A stretch of DNA of 64,000 nt from a bacterium (GCA_030649135.1 JAUSGI010000004.1:34089-98088); one strand, 5' to 3'; positions 39,940 through 50,398 are shown, counted from the stretch's first letter. Notes: generated by a model from the letters alone, not told the origin. Numbers and translations are program-made.

Positions 39940-41871
39940 ATGAAGATGCCGCTCAATAAACCCAAGAAATTTATCATCACCAAGTCGCCCAAGGGCAGCG
40001 GCACTCCGCCCGGCCGAGCTCTTTTAAAACAGGTATTTCTTGTCCTCGTTATTTTCTTATCTTTGGTTAGTATCTATTCGTTAATTTCCGATGTTTCCAA
40101 GTCGGTCGAAGAAATTCCTCTCTCCACTCTGGCTCAAGAAATAGCTCTCGGTAAAGTTTCGTCCATCACCATTGTTGGTGATAAGCTCGAGATTGTCTTT
40201 ATTGAAGGCGAAGATAAAGTTTCTAAGAAGGAAGCCGGTACCGCTCTCTCCACCACGCTTAAAAATTATAATGTTTCTCCGGAGGCGCTCTCTAAGGTGG
40301 ATATTGAAGTCAAAAATGACCAAGGGCTTTTGTATTGGTTCGTTTCGCTTGCTCCCATTATTTTGCCCATCGCTTTTATAGTTTTCTTCCTGTGGTTTCT
40401 TTCAAGACAAGTGAAAGGTGCCGGTATGCAGGCCTTTACCTTCGGTCAATCGAAGGCGCGCATGACCCATCCGGATGATAAGAGCCAGAAGGTTACTTTC
40501 AAGGATGTGGCCGGGTGCAAAGAAGCCAAGGAAGAACTTCGCGAGATAGTGGATTTCCTCAAGAATCCTAAAAAGTTTCTCGACATCGGGGCGCGTATTC
40601 CCAAAGGCATACTTCTTATGGGGGCGCCGGGTACGGGCAAGACCCTGCTTGCCCGCGCGGTCGCGGGCGAGGCGGGGGTATCATTCTTTTCCATCTCCGG
40701 TTCGGAGTTTGTAGAAATGTTTGTGGGAGTGGGCGCTTCACGTGTGCGCGACCTCTTTGACTTGGCCAAGAAGGCGGCCCCGGCTATTATTTTTGTTGAC
40801 GAAATAGATGCGGTTGGTCGAGTGCGAGGCACTGGAGTCGGGGGCGGCAACGACGAGCGCGAGCAGACTCTCAATCAGATTCTGGTCGAGCTTGACGGTT
40901 TCGAGCCCAATGAAAAAGTTATTGTCATGGCGGCCACCAATCGTCCCGACGTGCTCGACCCGGCGCTTCTACGTCCGGGGCGATTTGATAGGCGGGTAAC
41001 GCTTGATTTGCCTGACCGTAAAGACAGGGAAGAAATTCTTTTGATACACGCGCGACAAAAACCGTTTGCCGAAGATGTCAATCTGGTTTTAATCGCCGAG
41101 CGGACGCCCGGCTTTTCCGGCGCCGACCTCTATTCGCTGATGAATGAGGCGGCGATTCTTGCGGCGCGCGAAGAGCGTAGCAAAGTCTCGCAATTTGACC
41201 TCATCCGTTCAATTGAGAAGGTGATGCTCGGTCCGGAAAGGAAGAGTCACATCCTTTCCCGGAAAGAAAAAGAGTTGACCGCTTTCCACGAAGCCGGCCA
41301 CGCGGTGACTGCTTCCGTGCTTCCATATGCCGACCCGGTTCATAAAATTTCTATCATTTCCCGTGGCCGCGTGGCCGGCTATGTTTTGAAGTTGCCGTTC
41401 GAAGACCGCAAACTCCAGTCCAAAAAAGAATTTCTGGATGATATCGCGGTAGGACTCGGCGGTTACGTGGTGGAGAAAACTATTTTCAACGATTTAACCA
41501 CCGGTCCGTCAAATGACCTCCAAGTTGCTACGGCTCTGGCGCGCGATATGGTGACCAAGTACGGTATGAGCGAGAAGATGGGGCCAATCGCGCTTGAGGG
41601 TGCCGGCGGCAAACCGCTCTTTGGTCTTGGTGTCGGGGACAAAGAATATTCGGAGAAAGTGGGAGCCGAAATTGATGCCGAAGTCTACAAGATTATGAAC
41701 GAGGCGATGAAGAAGGTGGAGAAGATTATTAAAGAGCATCGAAAAGTGCTTGATACCATCGCTCGGCGACTGATTGAAGTCGAAACTATTGAACGAAAAG
41801 AGTTTGAAGAAATACTGGTGGCACACGGTATTGTGCCGAAGAAGAAGAAAGATATCGAGCACCAATCATAA
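39940..41871 (+). CDS. ftsH: ATP-dependent zinc metalloprotease FtsH
   Basis: Walker [19 protein letters not shown] zinc motif, N-terminal TM pair. Confidence 0.95.
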   Translation: MKMPLNKPKKFIITKSPKGSGTPPGRALLKQVFLVLVIFLSLVSIYSLISDVSKSVEEIPLSTLAQEIALGKVSSITIVGDKLEIVFIEGEDKVSKKEAGTALSTTLKNYNVSPEALSKVDIEVKNDQGLLYWFVSLAPIILPIAFIVFFLWFLSRQVKGAGMQAFTFGQSKARMTHPDDKSQKVTFKDVAGCKEAKEELREIVDFLKNPKKFLDIGARIPKGILLMGAPGTGKTLLARAVAGEAGVSFFSISGSEFVEMFVGVGASRVRDLFDLAKKAAPAIIFVDEIDAVGRVRGTGVGGGNDEREQTLNQILVELDGFEPNEKVIVMAATNRPDVLDPALLRPGRFDRRVTLDLPDRKDREEILLIHARQKPFAEDVNLVLIAERTPGFSGADLYSLMNEAAILAAREERSKVSQFDLIRSIEKVMLGPERKSHILSRKEKELTAFHEAGHAVTASVLPYADPVHKISIISRGRVAGYVLKLPFEDRKLQSKKEFLDDIAVGLGGYVVEKTIFNDLTTGPSNDLQVATALARDMVTKYGMSEKMGPIALEGAGGKPLFGLGVGDKEYSEKVGAEIDAEVYKIMNEAMKKVEKIIKEHRKVLDTIARRLIEVETIERKEFEEILVAHGIVPKKKKDIEHQS

Positions 41872-41887
41872 TTCGGGTTAGAATAAG

Positions 41888-42817
41888 GTGATGTATAAGA
41901 GGCCCGCTCTCCTGGTTCTTCTCGCTCTGGTAGCTTTTTTGGCTGTGGCTAAGCCTCACTTGTCCCTATACGAAGATACTCGTAATTTTCTGGCCGCTAC
42001 TTTTTTCGTGCCAAGTATTACTATGAGCGATTTGAAGCATAAGTATCTTGAGGCAGAACGGACAGGCGAGAAGATTAGGATAGTTTTGGTGCCGGGCCAT
42101 GAGCCCCACTTTGGCGGAGCTGAGTTCGGCAAACTCAAGGAGCGTGACATGAACGTGGACCTGGCTCAAGAGCTTAAAGATAAGCTCGAGAGTGATAAGC
42201 GTTTCGAAATTATCATGACTCGTGACAAGGATAACTGGAATCCGAAGTTGGAAAAATATTTTGATGCTAACTGGGAAGCTATCAAGGATTTCACCAAGGT
42301 TAAAAAGACGGAGATGAACCTGCTCGTCGCCGAAGGCAAGGTTAAGAAAGTGTTGAGCGGCATAGAACACAATACCGCGCCCGGTGACGTGGCTTACAGA
42401 CTCTTCGGTATTAACCGCTGGTCAAGGGATATTGGCGCAGACGTTCTCATACACATACACTTCAACGATTATCCTCGCTCACGCGCTTATTTGCCTGGAA
42501 GACATAAGGGCTTTGCCATCTATATACCCGATAAACAGTATTCAAATTCCGTGGCTACCAAGGAAATTGCAACCAATATATTTGAAAGACTGGAGAACTT
42601 TTTCGTGATAAGTGATTTGCCGGAGGAGGACATTGGCATTATTGAAAGTCAAGACTTGATTGCAGTAGGGCAGAGTAATAGTCTCGATGCCGCGAGTATC
42701 CTCATCGAATACGGGTATATCTACAGGCCGCAGTTTACCCGCCAAGTTTCCCGCGCGAGTCTCATTGAACAGATGGCGGAACAGACCTATCTGGGACTGG
42801 AAGATTCTTTTAAATGA
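41888..42817 (+). CDS. N-acetylmuramoyl-L-alanine amidase (Amidase_3 family), secreted
   Basis: signal peptide; RIVLVPGHEPHFGG...DMNVDLA...IMTRD and ADVLIHIHFN motifs parallel the Amidase_3 zinc-site regions. Confidence 0.6.
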   Translation: MMYKRPALLVLLALVAFLAVAKPHLSLYEDTRNFLAATFFVPSITMSDLKHKYLEAERTGEKIRIVLVPGHEPHFGGAEFGKLKERDMNVDLAQELKDKLESDKRFEIIMTRDKDNWNPKLEKYFDANWEAIKDFTKVKKTEMNLLVAEGKVKKVLSGIEHNTAPGDVAYRLFGINRWSRDIGADVLIHIHFNDYPRSRAYLPGRHKGFAIYIPDKQYSNSVATKEIATNIFERLENFFVISDLPEEDIGIIESQDLIAVGQSNSLDAASILIEYGYIYRPQFTRQVSRASLIEQMAEQTYLGLEDSFK

Positions 42818-42823
42818 CGAATC

Positions 42824-43027
42824 TCACATTCCTCCTTGAGGGGAGCAATTGCGACAGAGTCCTTTGTGGCTGAAGATTTCGTAAAGGGCCGAAAGGGCGA
42901 CTAGGACGTAGATGGCTGTGGCTACTCCGCTCGGCACGTAGTTGCCGATGCCGTAATTAGCAGCCTCGAGACCCCAGTTAAGACCACCGATGATAAGCAG
43001 AACAAATGTAATCTTGTGAATTTTCAT
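42824..43027 (-). CDS. DUF378 small membrane protein
   Basis: two-TM 67-aa protein with GGLNWGL motif. Confidence 0.55.
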   Translation of the reverse strand: MKIHKITFVLLIIGGLNWGLEAANYGIGNYVPSGVATAIYVLVALSALYEIFSHKGLCRNCSPQGGM

Positions 43028-43087
43028 ACAATTAATTAGCTGCTAAGTTAATCGCTCACCGATATTCATTATATCAGAATATGCACG

Positions 43088-43684
43088 CTAGATATCCCAA
43101 TGGTTCTCCCCGTCCTGTTTCGTCTGAAGGTTTGCCTTGACTCCGGTATGACTTGAGGCGGTAATCTGCATAATGATATCTTTCACTTTATCGGGTCTGG
43201 GAATCTGGTGAAAGACGAAATGTTTTTCCGACGCGGCGGTTTGAACCGTTACATCTCCGAATCGAAGCATGGTTTCCACAAACCCGTTGGTATGCGTGGA
43301 GACATCCTGTATGCGGTGGCTGTGTAGTTCGGAAATCTTCTGGTTGAAAAGGCCGCGCTGGTCGCTGTCAATGATACGGCTGTCGGTAATGATGACGATG
43401 TTAAGCGTATAGATAGTCAGGACGTGGAAGATAGCCAGCCACAAGCCTAGATACCAGATGCTTGATACGAAAAGGAAAAAGTCGAGCCAGCCGTACGCCG
43501 AAATGTATGACAAAAACATGGAACCGGCAACGACCGGTACAAGACCAGCTACGGTGAAAAATCCAACTCGCACCGAGACATTGAAGAGGTGCTGTCGCAG
43601 AAGTAACAAGACTTTTTCACCCTCTTTTTGTCCCTCGAAGGAATTTGCGGATTCTTGAAAGATTGAGAAAAGCGATTTTATCAT
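43088..43684 (-). CDS. membrane protein with bacterial PH-like (YdbS/YdbT-type) domain
   Basis: 2 TM followed by soluble domain; weak family resemblance. Confidence 0.35.
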   Translation of the reverse strand: MIKSLFSIFQESANSFEGQKEGEKVLLLLRQHLFNVSVRVGFFTVAGLVPVVAGSMFLSYISAYGWLDFFLFVSSIWYLGLWLAIFHVLTIYTLNIVIITDSRIIDSDQRGLFNQKISELHSHRIQDVSTHTNGFVETMLRFGDVTVQTAASEKHFVFHQIPRPDKVKDIIMQITASSHTGVKANLQTKQDGENHWDI

Positions 43685-43899
43685 TGTGGTAAGAGAGCGT
43701 TGATATCGATACTCACAAACAGGACTATCGCCGCGCCGGAAAGGACGACCGAACCGAAAAGGAAGACGGCGGCAAACCTTTTCGGCTGAACACCGATGCC
43801 GAAGCGGGTGAGATGGTAGAGGATGATGAAAGTCGCACCCCAGTAGACGAGGAATACGAACGCGGCTAGAAAGTTAAAAATGATTTCTAAAGAGAGCAT
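43681..43899 (-). CDS. small membrane protein
   Basis: 2 TM helices; overlaps downstream gene start by 4 nt. Confidence 0.3.
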   Translation of the reverse strand: MLSLEIIFNFLAAFVFLVYWGATFIILYHLTRFGIGVQPKRFAAVFLFGSVVLSGAAIVLFVSIDINALLPQ

Positions 43900-43932
43900 G
43901 AATGTTGGGCTTATATTTATTTTAACATCATT

Positions 43933-45258
43933 TCAGCTGTTCTTGTGCCACCCAACAAGCCTGTCAGAAATATTTGTAATACTCCCGGCTCCCATAAAAA
44001 GTAAGACATCCCCATTAGCAACCTCATTTTTAATTGTATGGAGTACATCTTTGAAATTTCTCACAAATCTAGTGGGTTGAGAAAGGGCAATTTTTTGGGC
44101 CAGACTTTTCGCGCCTCGATTTTTTTTAGAATCCGATTCGCGGCCCAGAACCGTATAAGTTTCGAGGATTATCACTTGGTCAGCTTCGTGGAAGGCCTTA
44201 GCAAAATCCGAAAAAAGTAAGGATAGACGTTCCGCTAGATGTGGCTGGAATATAACCCAAATTTTAGCTTTAGGAAATTTTTCTCTGGCACCGGATAATG
44301 TTGCTTTAATTTCCGTCGGGTGATGTGCATAATCATCGTAAATCTTCGCTTTTCTATATATACCGCGGTACTCGAATCTGCGCCACGTTCCCATAAATCT
44401 AGAAAATACCTTGTCTCGAACCAAAACTGGAATACCTAGAAAACTTCCCAATGTATCACAAGCCATTGCGTTTGAATGATTATGTGCTCCCGGAATTTTC
44501 AAGAGGGATTTTACTTTTGCTGCTCGTGCTCCTTGCCGATCATAATATGCTATCTTTGTCTTGGTCTTTAATTGTAACGATGCAAGATTTTTGTCTTCGT
44601 GGTTCAATACCAGATACCCATTCTCCTTCACCCTGCTGATAAAAGTACGGAAGGCTTTTTTAATATTTTCGAACGTCTTATAAAACTCAAGATGCTCCCG
44701 GTCAATATTGGTAATAATAGCTGCAAATGGAGTGTAATGAAGAAACGAGCCGTGGAACTCATCTGCCTCCAAAACAAGCCATTCTGACTTTCCCTTCCGA
44801 AAATTAGAATCACCAAACGCCTTTAGTCTCGTTCCCACTATGATAGTGGGGTCAAAGCCGGCTTTCAGAAGCATCAATCCTACTAACGCTGTCGTTGTGG
44901 ACTTTCCATGAGCGCCGGCGACTGCGATTGTCTTATAATTTTTCGTCAGCTCGCCAAGCGCTTCGGCGTAGGAAAATTGTGGAATTTTGAGTGACGTTGC
45001 CTTTTTACGTTCGGAATTTTCTTTTTTAACAGCGACACTATAAATCACACGCGAAACATCAGGACTAAGCCAGTTAGCGTTATGGAGGCCAGTATGTATT
45101 ACCGCACCATGACGAATTAAATTATTGGTGATAGGTGAACGAATAGCATCGGAGCCGGTAACATGCCAACCTTCCGAAAGATACCACTGTGCCAAAGCAG
45201 AGACACCAATACCACCAATCCCGACAAAATGTACTCTCCGGTTTTTTGCTTGGCTCAT
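43933..45258 (-). CDS. murC: UDP-N-acetylmuramate--L-alanine ligase
   Basis: VHFVGIGGIGVSALA N-terminal Mur ligase motif, central GTNGKTTT-like P-loop (GAHGKSTTT); start moved to MSQAKNRR because the ORF-track N-terminus translates the adjacent tRNA. Confidence 0.85.
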   Translation of the reverse strand: MSQAKNRRVHFVGIGGIGVSALAQWYLSEGWHVTGSDAIRSPITNNLIRHGAVIHTGLHNANWLSPDVSRVIYSVAVKKENSERKKATSLKIPQFSYAEALGELTKNYKTIAVAGAHGKSTTTALVGLMLLKAGFDPTIIVGTRLKAFGDSNFRKGKSEWLVLEADEFHGSFLHYTPFAAIITNIDREHLEFYKTFENIKKAFRTFISRVKENGYLVLNHEDKNLASLQLKTKTKIAYYDRQGARAAKVKSLLKIPGAHNHSNAMACDTLGSFLGIPVLVRDKVFSRFMGTWRRFEYRGIYRKAKIYDDYAHHPTEIKATLSGAREKFPKAKIWVIFQPHLAERLSLLFSDFAKAFHEADQVIILETYTVLGRESDSKKNRGAKSLAQKIALSQPTRFVRNFKDVLHTIKNEVANGDVLLFMGAGSITNISDRLVGWHKNS

Positions 45259-45268
45259 AGATAACGTG

Positions 45269-45342
45269 TCCACCCTCTTGGATTCGAACCAAGGACCCCA
45301 GAGGTATAAGCTCTGTGCTCTAACCAGCTGAGCTAAGGGTGG
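45269..45342 (-). tRNA. tRNA-Ile(UAU) (no encoded CCA; C1:G72)
   Basis: cloverleaf: acceptor CCACCCT/AGGGTGG, D-stem GCTC/GAGC, anticodon stem CAGAG/CTCTG with loop CTTATAC (anticodon TAT), T-arm CTTGG-TTCGAAT-CCAAG. Confidence 0.7.
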
Positions 45343-45370
45343 TATCAACACAATATCTCAAAATAGCGGT

Positions 45371-47506
45371 TTATTCAAAATGAATTTTGGTGGCGGAAGA
45401 TTCGAGGCGTTCTTTCAGTAGCGGAAATTTTGAAAGTTCTGAATCATTTGCGATAAGTTTAATTGCCTCCGCGCGTGCCGCTTCAACCATCTTGATATTT
45501 TTAATCGCTTCCATGCCGAGGTCAGAGATACCCCATTGTTTTCTCCCTGCCAGTTCGCCCGCGCCTCTTTGGACCAAATCAAATTCCGCCAATTCAAAAC
45601 CATTTTTCGCCGTTACCAAAGCTTTGAGCCTTTCTCTTGATTTCTCGCCTTGGCTTTCCGTAAACACATAACAATATGCCTGGTGATTGGAGCGGATGAC
45701 TCTGCCTCGGAGTTGATGGAGTTGCGCCAAGCCGAATCGTTCCGCGCCCTCTATCACGATAAGTGAAGCATTTTCGACATTGACGCCCACCTCTACCACT
45801 GATGTCGCTACTAAGATATCAATCTTTTTATCTTCGAAATCGCGCATCACCTTTTCTTTTTCCACCGGTCGCATTTTGCTGTGGAGAATTCCAATCTCGT
45901 ATTCCGGAAAAATTTCTTTTTTAAGTCGCTTAGCTTCTTCTTTAACCGACTTGGCCTGGACGGCTAATTCTTTGGTCGGGTCGGGTTCATCTATTCTCGG
46001 GCAAATGACGTAGAGTTGCCGGCCGGCCTCCAGCTCCAATCTAATTTTTTCATACGCACCACCTCTTCTTTCTGGAGTGACGACTTCAGTAATAATTTTC
46101 TTCCGGCCGATAGGCATCTCGTCGATAAGTGACAAGTCTAGGTCGCCGTAAAGTGTCAGTGCAAGTGTGCGGGGGATGGGAGTGGCGGTCATTGATAATA
46201 AATGCGGAGTAATCTCATGTTTATTGACGAGTTTTTGCCTTTGAGCGGTGCCGAAGCGGTGTTGCTCATCCACAATCACTAGCGCGAGGTGTTTGAATTT
46301 GACACTCTTTTGAATCAGGGCATGAGTACCGATGAGAACGGCAATCTCACCGGAGGCAACCCATTTTAATAATTGCGTTCTAGAAATATCCGTCCATCCA
46401 TCCGGGTTTAACTTAGATGGAAATTTGCGACAGCCGGAACCAGTAATGAGAGCAATGTTTACAGGCAGATGCTTAAAATATTTTATGAAAGATTCGAAGT
46501 GTTGCTGGGCAAGGATTTCGGTCGGTGCCATGTAAGCCGACTGGAGGGTGCCGAAGTCCTGACCTTTCGGCTTGGAAGTGGTTATGGCATAAACTGCCGT
46601 GGCGGCGATGGCCGTTTTGCCGGAGCCCACGTCCCCCTCGAGTAGTCGGCTCATGGGATGTCCGCGGTGAAAGTCGTCAAGAATGTGCTGGATAGACCTC
46701 TTTTGTGTCGCTGTAGCCTCGAACGGAAATCTTTTTACAAATTTTTCCAGTTCCTCTTCACTTTTTTCTATGATAAAAGCGTTGCGCTCCTTGAATTCAT
46801 GACGTACTTTCTGTCTTTCTAGCTGGATGAAGAATATTTCTTCGAACGCGAAGCGTTTGCGCGCCATTTGCGCGTGCTCCTCTTTTTTCGGTGTATGGAT
46901 ATAAATGAGAGAAGTGCGGAGGTCTGGTAGACTATATTTTTTCAAAATCTCTGCCGGTATAGGGTCTACAATCTCATCAAGAATCTTGGAAACAAAGAGA
47001 TTTTGGATTTTGTGGTAAATCCAGTTGGAAGTGAGTCCTCGCGTTTCCGGATAAATAGGATAGAGAGAATGCGTTCGGCTAGTTTGAGTAAACAAATCTG
47101 GTGCGCTTTCAACTTTTGGGTTCGAGAAATATAACTGACCATTTCTCTCCGAAACTTTTCCTTCCACTCGGACATTTGAACCTTCGGCTATCATTTTGGC
47201 CAGGTAGGCTTGATGGAACCAAATAATTTTTATTTTACCCGTATCGTCTTCTACCACTCCTTCGGCCATGGGAATTTTCTTCCGGAAAGCTTTAGAAGTT
47301 TTCAGTCCGGAGATGTTGCCAAAGATGACAGCGACACTTCCTTTTGTAAGCGTCTCAATTTTTTGCACTTGTGCCGTATCGCCGTAGCGCGCGGGGACGT
47401 GATAGAGCAAGTCTTTAATACTCGTAATCCCGAGCTTCTTTAACGCTTTCTGTTGTACCGGCAAAATGCGAAACGAGCTCAAGAGAGAATCATCCAATTT
47501 CATCAT
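45371..47506 (-). CDS. recG: ATP-dependent DNA helicase RecG
   Basis: wedge/OB N-terminal domain, helicase motifs (GDVGSGKT, DEQHRFG, SATPIPRT). Confidence 0.9.
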   Translation of the reverse strand: MMKLDDSLLSSFRILPVQQKALKKLGITSIKDLLYHVPARYGDTAQVQKIETLTKGSVAVIFGNISGLKTSKAFRKKIPMAEGVVEDDTGKIKIIWFHQAYLAKMIAEGSNVRVEGKVSERNGQLYFSNPKVESAPDLFTQTSRTHSLYPIYPETRGLTSNWIYHKIQNLFVSKILDEIVDPIPAEILKKYSLPDLRTSLIYIHTPKKEEHAQMARKRFAFEEIFFIQLERQKVRHEFKERNAFIIEKSEEELEKFVKRFPFEATATQKRSIQHILDDFHRGHPMSRLLEGDVGSGKTAIAATAVYAITTSKPKGQDFGTLQSAYMAPTEILAQQHFESFIKYFKHLPVNIALITGSGCRKFPSKLNPDGWTDISRTQLLKWVASGEIAVLIGTHALIQKSVKFKHLALVIVDEQHRFGTAQRQKLVNKHEITPHLLSMTATPIPRTLALTLYGDLDLSLIDEMPIGRKKIITEVVTPERRGGAYEKIRLELEAGRQLYVICPRIDEPDPTKELAVQAKSVKEEAKRLKKEIFPEYEIGILHSKMRPVEKEKVMRDFEDKKIDILVATSVVEVGVNVENASLIVIEGAERFGLAQLHQLRGRVIRSNHQAYCYVFTESQGEKSRERLKALVTAKNGFELAEFDLVQRGAGELAGRKQWGISDLGMEAIKNIKMVEAARAEAIKLIANDSELSKFPLLKERLESSATKIHFE

Positions 47507-47584
47507 GCCATTGTACTCTAGAGCCGGAATCCGCCCAAAGAAAATGCCCCACCCTCCGGGAGGGTGGGGCGCGCTTGCGGGTGG

Positions 47585-48268
47585 TCAGTACGGGAAGTAT
47601 CCCCGTGTATAGAACAAAATCCTGTCCGGCATGGCCTTGTCCGCATTCGCTAAGAGGTACTTCTCGAGGGCTCCCGCCGTATTGCAGACGGAAGAGTCTT
47701 TGATGCAGAACTCATGGACCCAGGTCATGCCACCGTCGCTGAAGGCGACATGCGTTGCCGTGCCGGGTATGTCATGCTCGAGGGCGCCACGCGCGTCGAG
47801 ACGTCCGCCAGCGGACATCTCGTCCATGTCTTTCTTGCTCATCCGCAGAGACATGTTCACCTGAAGCCAGCCATCAGGGCTGGTATAGGCGAACCAGTGG
47901 AACTTCTCGCCATTGTACCAACCGACGCCCCAGCCGACCGACCTGTCGAGAGCTCGACCTTTGTCATCGTGGGTCTCGAAGGCAAGGAACTGATACCTTA
48001 CCCAGGGGTGCAGTTGGGGTGCCAATGCCCGGAGCCGTTGGTCTTGCAGGTCCATGATAATGGTGTCGTTGCGCGCCTTCTCGGTAGGGGTGAGCTCCGG
48101 TGCCGTCTCGAGTTGAGCGGCATTTGCCGAGGCAGCATTCGCCCGGGGGGCGGCTGCCCGTATGACCGGTTCGGGCTGTGGCGACGGCGGTGTTGAGCTG
48201 ATACTTTGGTGCACTACGACTGTGAGTAGGCCTAAGCTAACAAGCAGTGCGCCACGCGACAGTGTCAT
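47585..48268 (-). CDS. G+C-rich secreted hypothetical protein (227 aa)
   Basis: signal peptide + Pro/Ala-rich linker; compositional anomaly; terminator hairpin CCCCACCCTCC-CGG-AGGGTGGGG downstream (47540..47565). Confidence 0.4.
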   Translation of the reverse strand: MTLSRGALLVSLGLLTVVVHQSISSTPPSPQPEPVIRAAAPRANAASANAAQLETAPELTPTEKARNDTIIMDLQDQRLRALAPQLHPWVRYQFLAFETHDDKGRALDRSVGWGVGWYNGEKFHWFAYTSPDGWLQVNMSLRMSKKDMDEMSAGGRLDARGALEHDIPGTATHVAFSDGGMTWVHEFCIKDSSVCNTAGALEKYLLANADKAMPDRILFYTRGYFPY

Positions 48269-48547
48269 CTGAGTCCTCCTCGGTAAGTGATATATGAGCT
48301 ACGGGTTTGTCTTGTAACTTAATACCATTAAATATCGCCGTCTGTCAATGATACGAATGTTCCAAACAGGATTGAGGATTAGTGTATAATAATTTCATGA
48401 TGCGATATGGATTCGGCTACGGAGGTGAGATGGCCGGAGGAGCGGGAATCTTCATGAGCCTTGTCTGGCTTATGCTTGTGATTGATCTCATCCTCGTCGG
48501 TGTCTGGCTCTGGAAGCAGATAAACAAATAAGAATTTCCGATTCAGT

Positions 48548-48793
48548 TTAGTTTTTAATCTCAAAGACTTTTCTTTTCGACGTGGCGCCAGAGATAAGTC
48601 GTACTTGAGAGTGTGGAACCTTGAAGTGCTCTGCGATAAGTTTCGTAATGGCTTGGTTCGCCTTGCCTTCCGCCGGCCTTTCTTTAACCGAGACGGTATA
48701 CCAATCTTCCGCGTCCGGCATGAGTTTCAATGGCGGAGGAATAACTTTATTTTCTTTTGCGTTTGGCTTGGCTTTTACAAAAATTCTGGTCAT
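48548..48793 (-). CDS. DUF167 (YggU-like) protein
   Basis: 81 aa, ...AEGKAN.A...L....V....V.L.SG..S..K.. pattern. Confidence 0.55.
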   Translation of the reverse strand: MTRIFVKAKPNAKENKVIPPPLKLMPDAEDWYTVSVKERPAEGKANQAITKLIAEHFKVPHSQVRLISGATSKRKVFEIKN

Positions 48794-48801
48794 TCAATTT
48801 C

Positions 48802-48830
48802 CTTATTCTCCTATTCGAGCGAATTAGAGA
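48802..48830. promoter_or_regulatory. operator-like inverted repeat copy 1 (TCTCCTATTCG-AG-CGAATTAGAGA)
   Basis: one of 4 near-identical copies; lies between ArsR gene stop and DUF167 gene start. Confidence 0.5.
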
Positions 48831-49074
48831 TATATTTTGAGATGTGGTGGGGTTGCGAGGGGAGTCGGTACCACATTTGAAGGCCCCTTTGTTCTTTCTC
48901 CACAATATCCACTGCGGCCAGCACATGGAGATGTTTGGAAGTAGCCTTGAATGAGAGTTTGATATGCTCGGCGATGTCCCCGACGGTAGCTTCCTTGCTC
49001 TTTTTCAAATATTTAATAATAGTCAGGCGTCTCTGATTGGCTAAAGCTTTAAGTAGTCTTTCGAGATTTTTCAT
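48811..49074 (-). CDS. ArsR/SmtB-family transcriptional regulator
   Basis: LKALANQRRLTIIKYL...ATVGDIAEHIKLSFKATSKHLHVL wHTH signature. Confidence 0.7.
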   Translation of the reverse strand: MKNLERLLKALANQRRLTIIKYLKKSKEATVGDIAEHIKLSFKATSKHLHVLAAVDIVEKEQRGLQMWYRLPSQPHHISKYISNSLE

Positions 49075-49097
49075 ACCTATATTGTAAACTGCTTTGG

Positions 49098-49135
49098 CTT
49101 ATTCTCCTATTCGCGCGAATTAGAGAATAGATTTG
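49098..49135. promoter_or_regulatory. operator-like inverted repeat copy 2 (perfect core ATTCGCGCGAAT)
   Basis: 24 bp upstream of ArsR-family gene start, in divergent region with 49172..49447. Confidence 0.5.
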
Positions 49136-49171
49136 GATGATTTGATGATAAAATAAGGGAGGAGGTGTCAT

Positions 49172-49447
49172 ATGGATGAAGGTGAGCAGGCAACCGAGTT
49201 CTGGTTGGACAAGAATCTCAGTTGTACCGAGTTCATCAAGGCGTTTGAGTCTCACTTTCAGGGAGGTCGGGTCGAAAGCCTATCCTTGGTGCGGGTTGCC
49301 AAGCCGGGGTACATGCTTTTCCATCTGAGTGTGCCGCTCGAGAGAAAAGGGGAGCTCCTCGTGTTTCTCCATGAGTACGCCGAGACACGCGACGCCGACA
49401 GCGATTGGAAGACGGCGGGCGTCCATCCATTCAATCTATTTTCATAA
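49172..49447 (+). CDS. small hypothetical protein, paralogue of 50949..51242
   Basis: shared EF(I/V)KAF..(H/Y)F.GG motif and near-identical upstream RBS context (GAGGAGGTGT.ATATG); G+C-richer. Confidence 0.35.
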   Translation: MDEGEQATEFWLDKNLSCTEFIKAFESHFQGGRVESLSLVRVAKPGYMLFHLSVPLERKGELLVFLHEYAETRDADSDWKTAGVHPFNLFS

Positions 49448-49501
49448 CCACGCGTCGGACGGAGCATCGCGCTCCGTCCGACGCGGTTTTGTTTTTAGTA
49501 A

Positions 49502-50350
49502 TTATAGATTGCTGGGATTTGCAGGGTTTGGAGAGTGCGGAGATTTTCTTCCCACGATATAACCAAGTACTCCACCCACGAGAAGGAGAGCTGCCATCAA
49601 TATTATTTTAGTATCGAGATTTTTTTGTGGAGTAGATGAAGTAGGTGACGCGGTGGCATAAACTACCATGTTGCCTGTGTTTGGTTCAGTCGCACCATTT
49701 CCCTTAACACTCCTGATGATATTTGTATCGTAATATTTTATCCCCTTAACGACAGAAAGATTCTCTTTGACATACCCACCTTCGAAACAATCTCCCTTGT
49801 TGGAAATGAGAATGGCCATAGCATCTGTATTGGGAATTCCATATCCCTCAAAGATATGAGGTTGATCTTCGGCACAGCCACGGAAGTCCAGTTTGGCTAC
49901 TTCTTTATTGTCTTGAGTAAGAGTGGCGCGGAATTCAGTCCAATATTTCTCACCATTCTCAATGCGTTCGGAAAGGACTTCGACACGAACAGCAATATTA
50001 TTATTTTTTAGACTGACACTACCGAGATATGGAAGACTTTGGTAAGTATCTGTAATAAATTGACTGTACTTTTGTTCCCCACTTTCACCAGAGAAGAATT
50101 GTTGGAATACCTCGTCACAAGTTTTCACCTCAACGTCTTTGTTTGTGGCGAGGGAAATCGAATGAATAATAGACGGGCATCCTTTCCCACCCATATCACT
50201 TTCAAGATAATAGACTGAATTGTCCGAAGCTTTATAGGCAATTTGAGAAAGGTATGTTGGCCCACCTACAGTGGCCAAGACCTGCTCGCTTGAAATTAAG
50301 AGTAATAATGTGGCCAAGGAAAAAGATAACAATATATAATTTTTATTCAT
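49502..50350 (-). CDS. secreted hypothetical protein with C-terminal TM anchor
   Basis: signal peptide, C-terminal hydrophobic helix + basic tail. Confidence 0.4.
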   Translation of the reverse strand: MNKNYILLSFSLATLLLLISSEQVLATVGGPTYLSQIAYKASDNSVYYLESDMGGKGCPSIIHSISLATNKDVEVKTCDEVFQQFFSGESGEQKYSQFITDTYQSLPYLGSVSLKNNNIAVRVEVLSERIENGEKYWTEFRATLTQDNKEVAKLDFRGCAEDQPHIFEGYGIPNTDAMAILISNKGDCFEGGYVKENLSVVKGIKYYDTNIIRSVKGNGATEPNTGNMVVYATASPTSSTPQKNLDTKIILMAALLLVGGVLGYIVGRKSPHSPNPANPSNL

Positions 50351-50398
50351 ACCATAATGATAACATCTGGGGCTTTGTTTTATATAGGATTGGTTCGG

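Noticed and set aside
45259-45351. N-terminal 31 codons of the 472-aa murC ORF
   Set aside because: They are the translation of the tRNA-Ile(UAU) gene; the conserved Mur ligase N-terminus begins at Met 45258.
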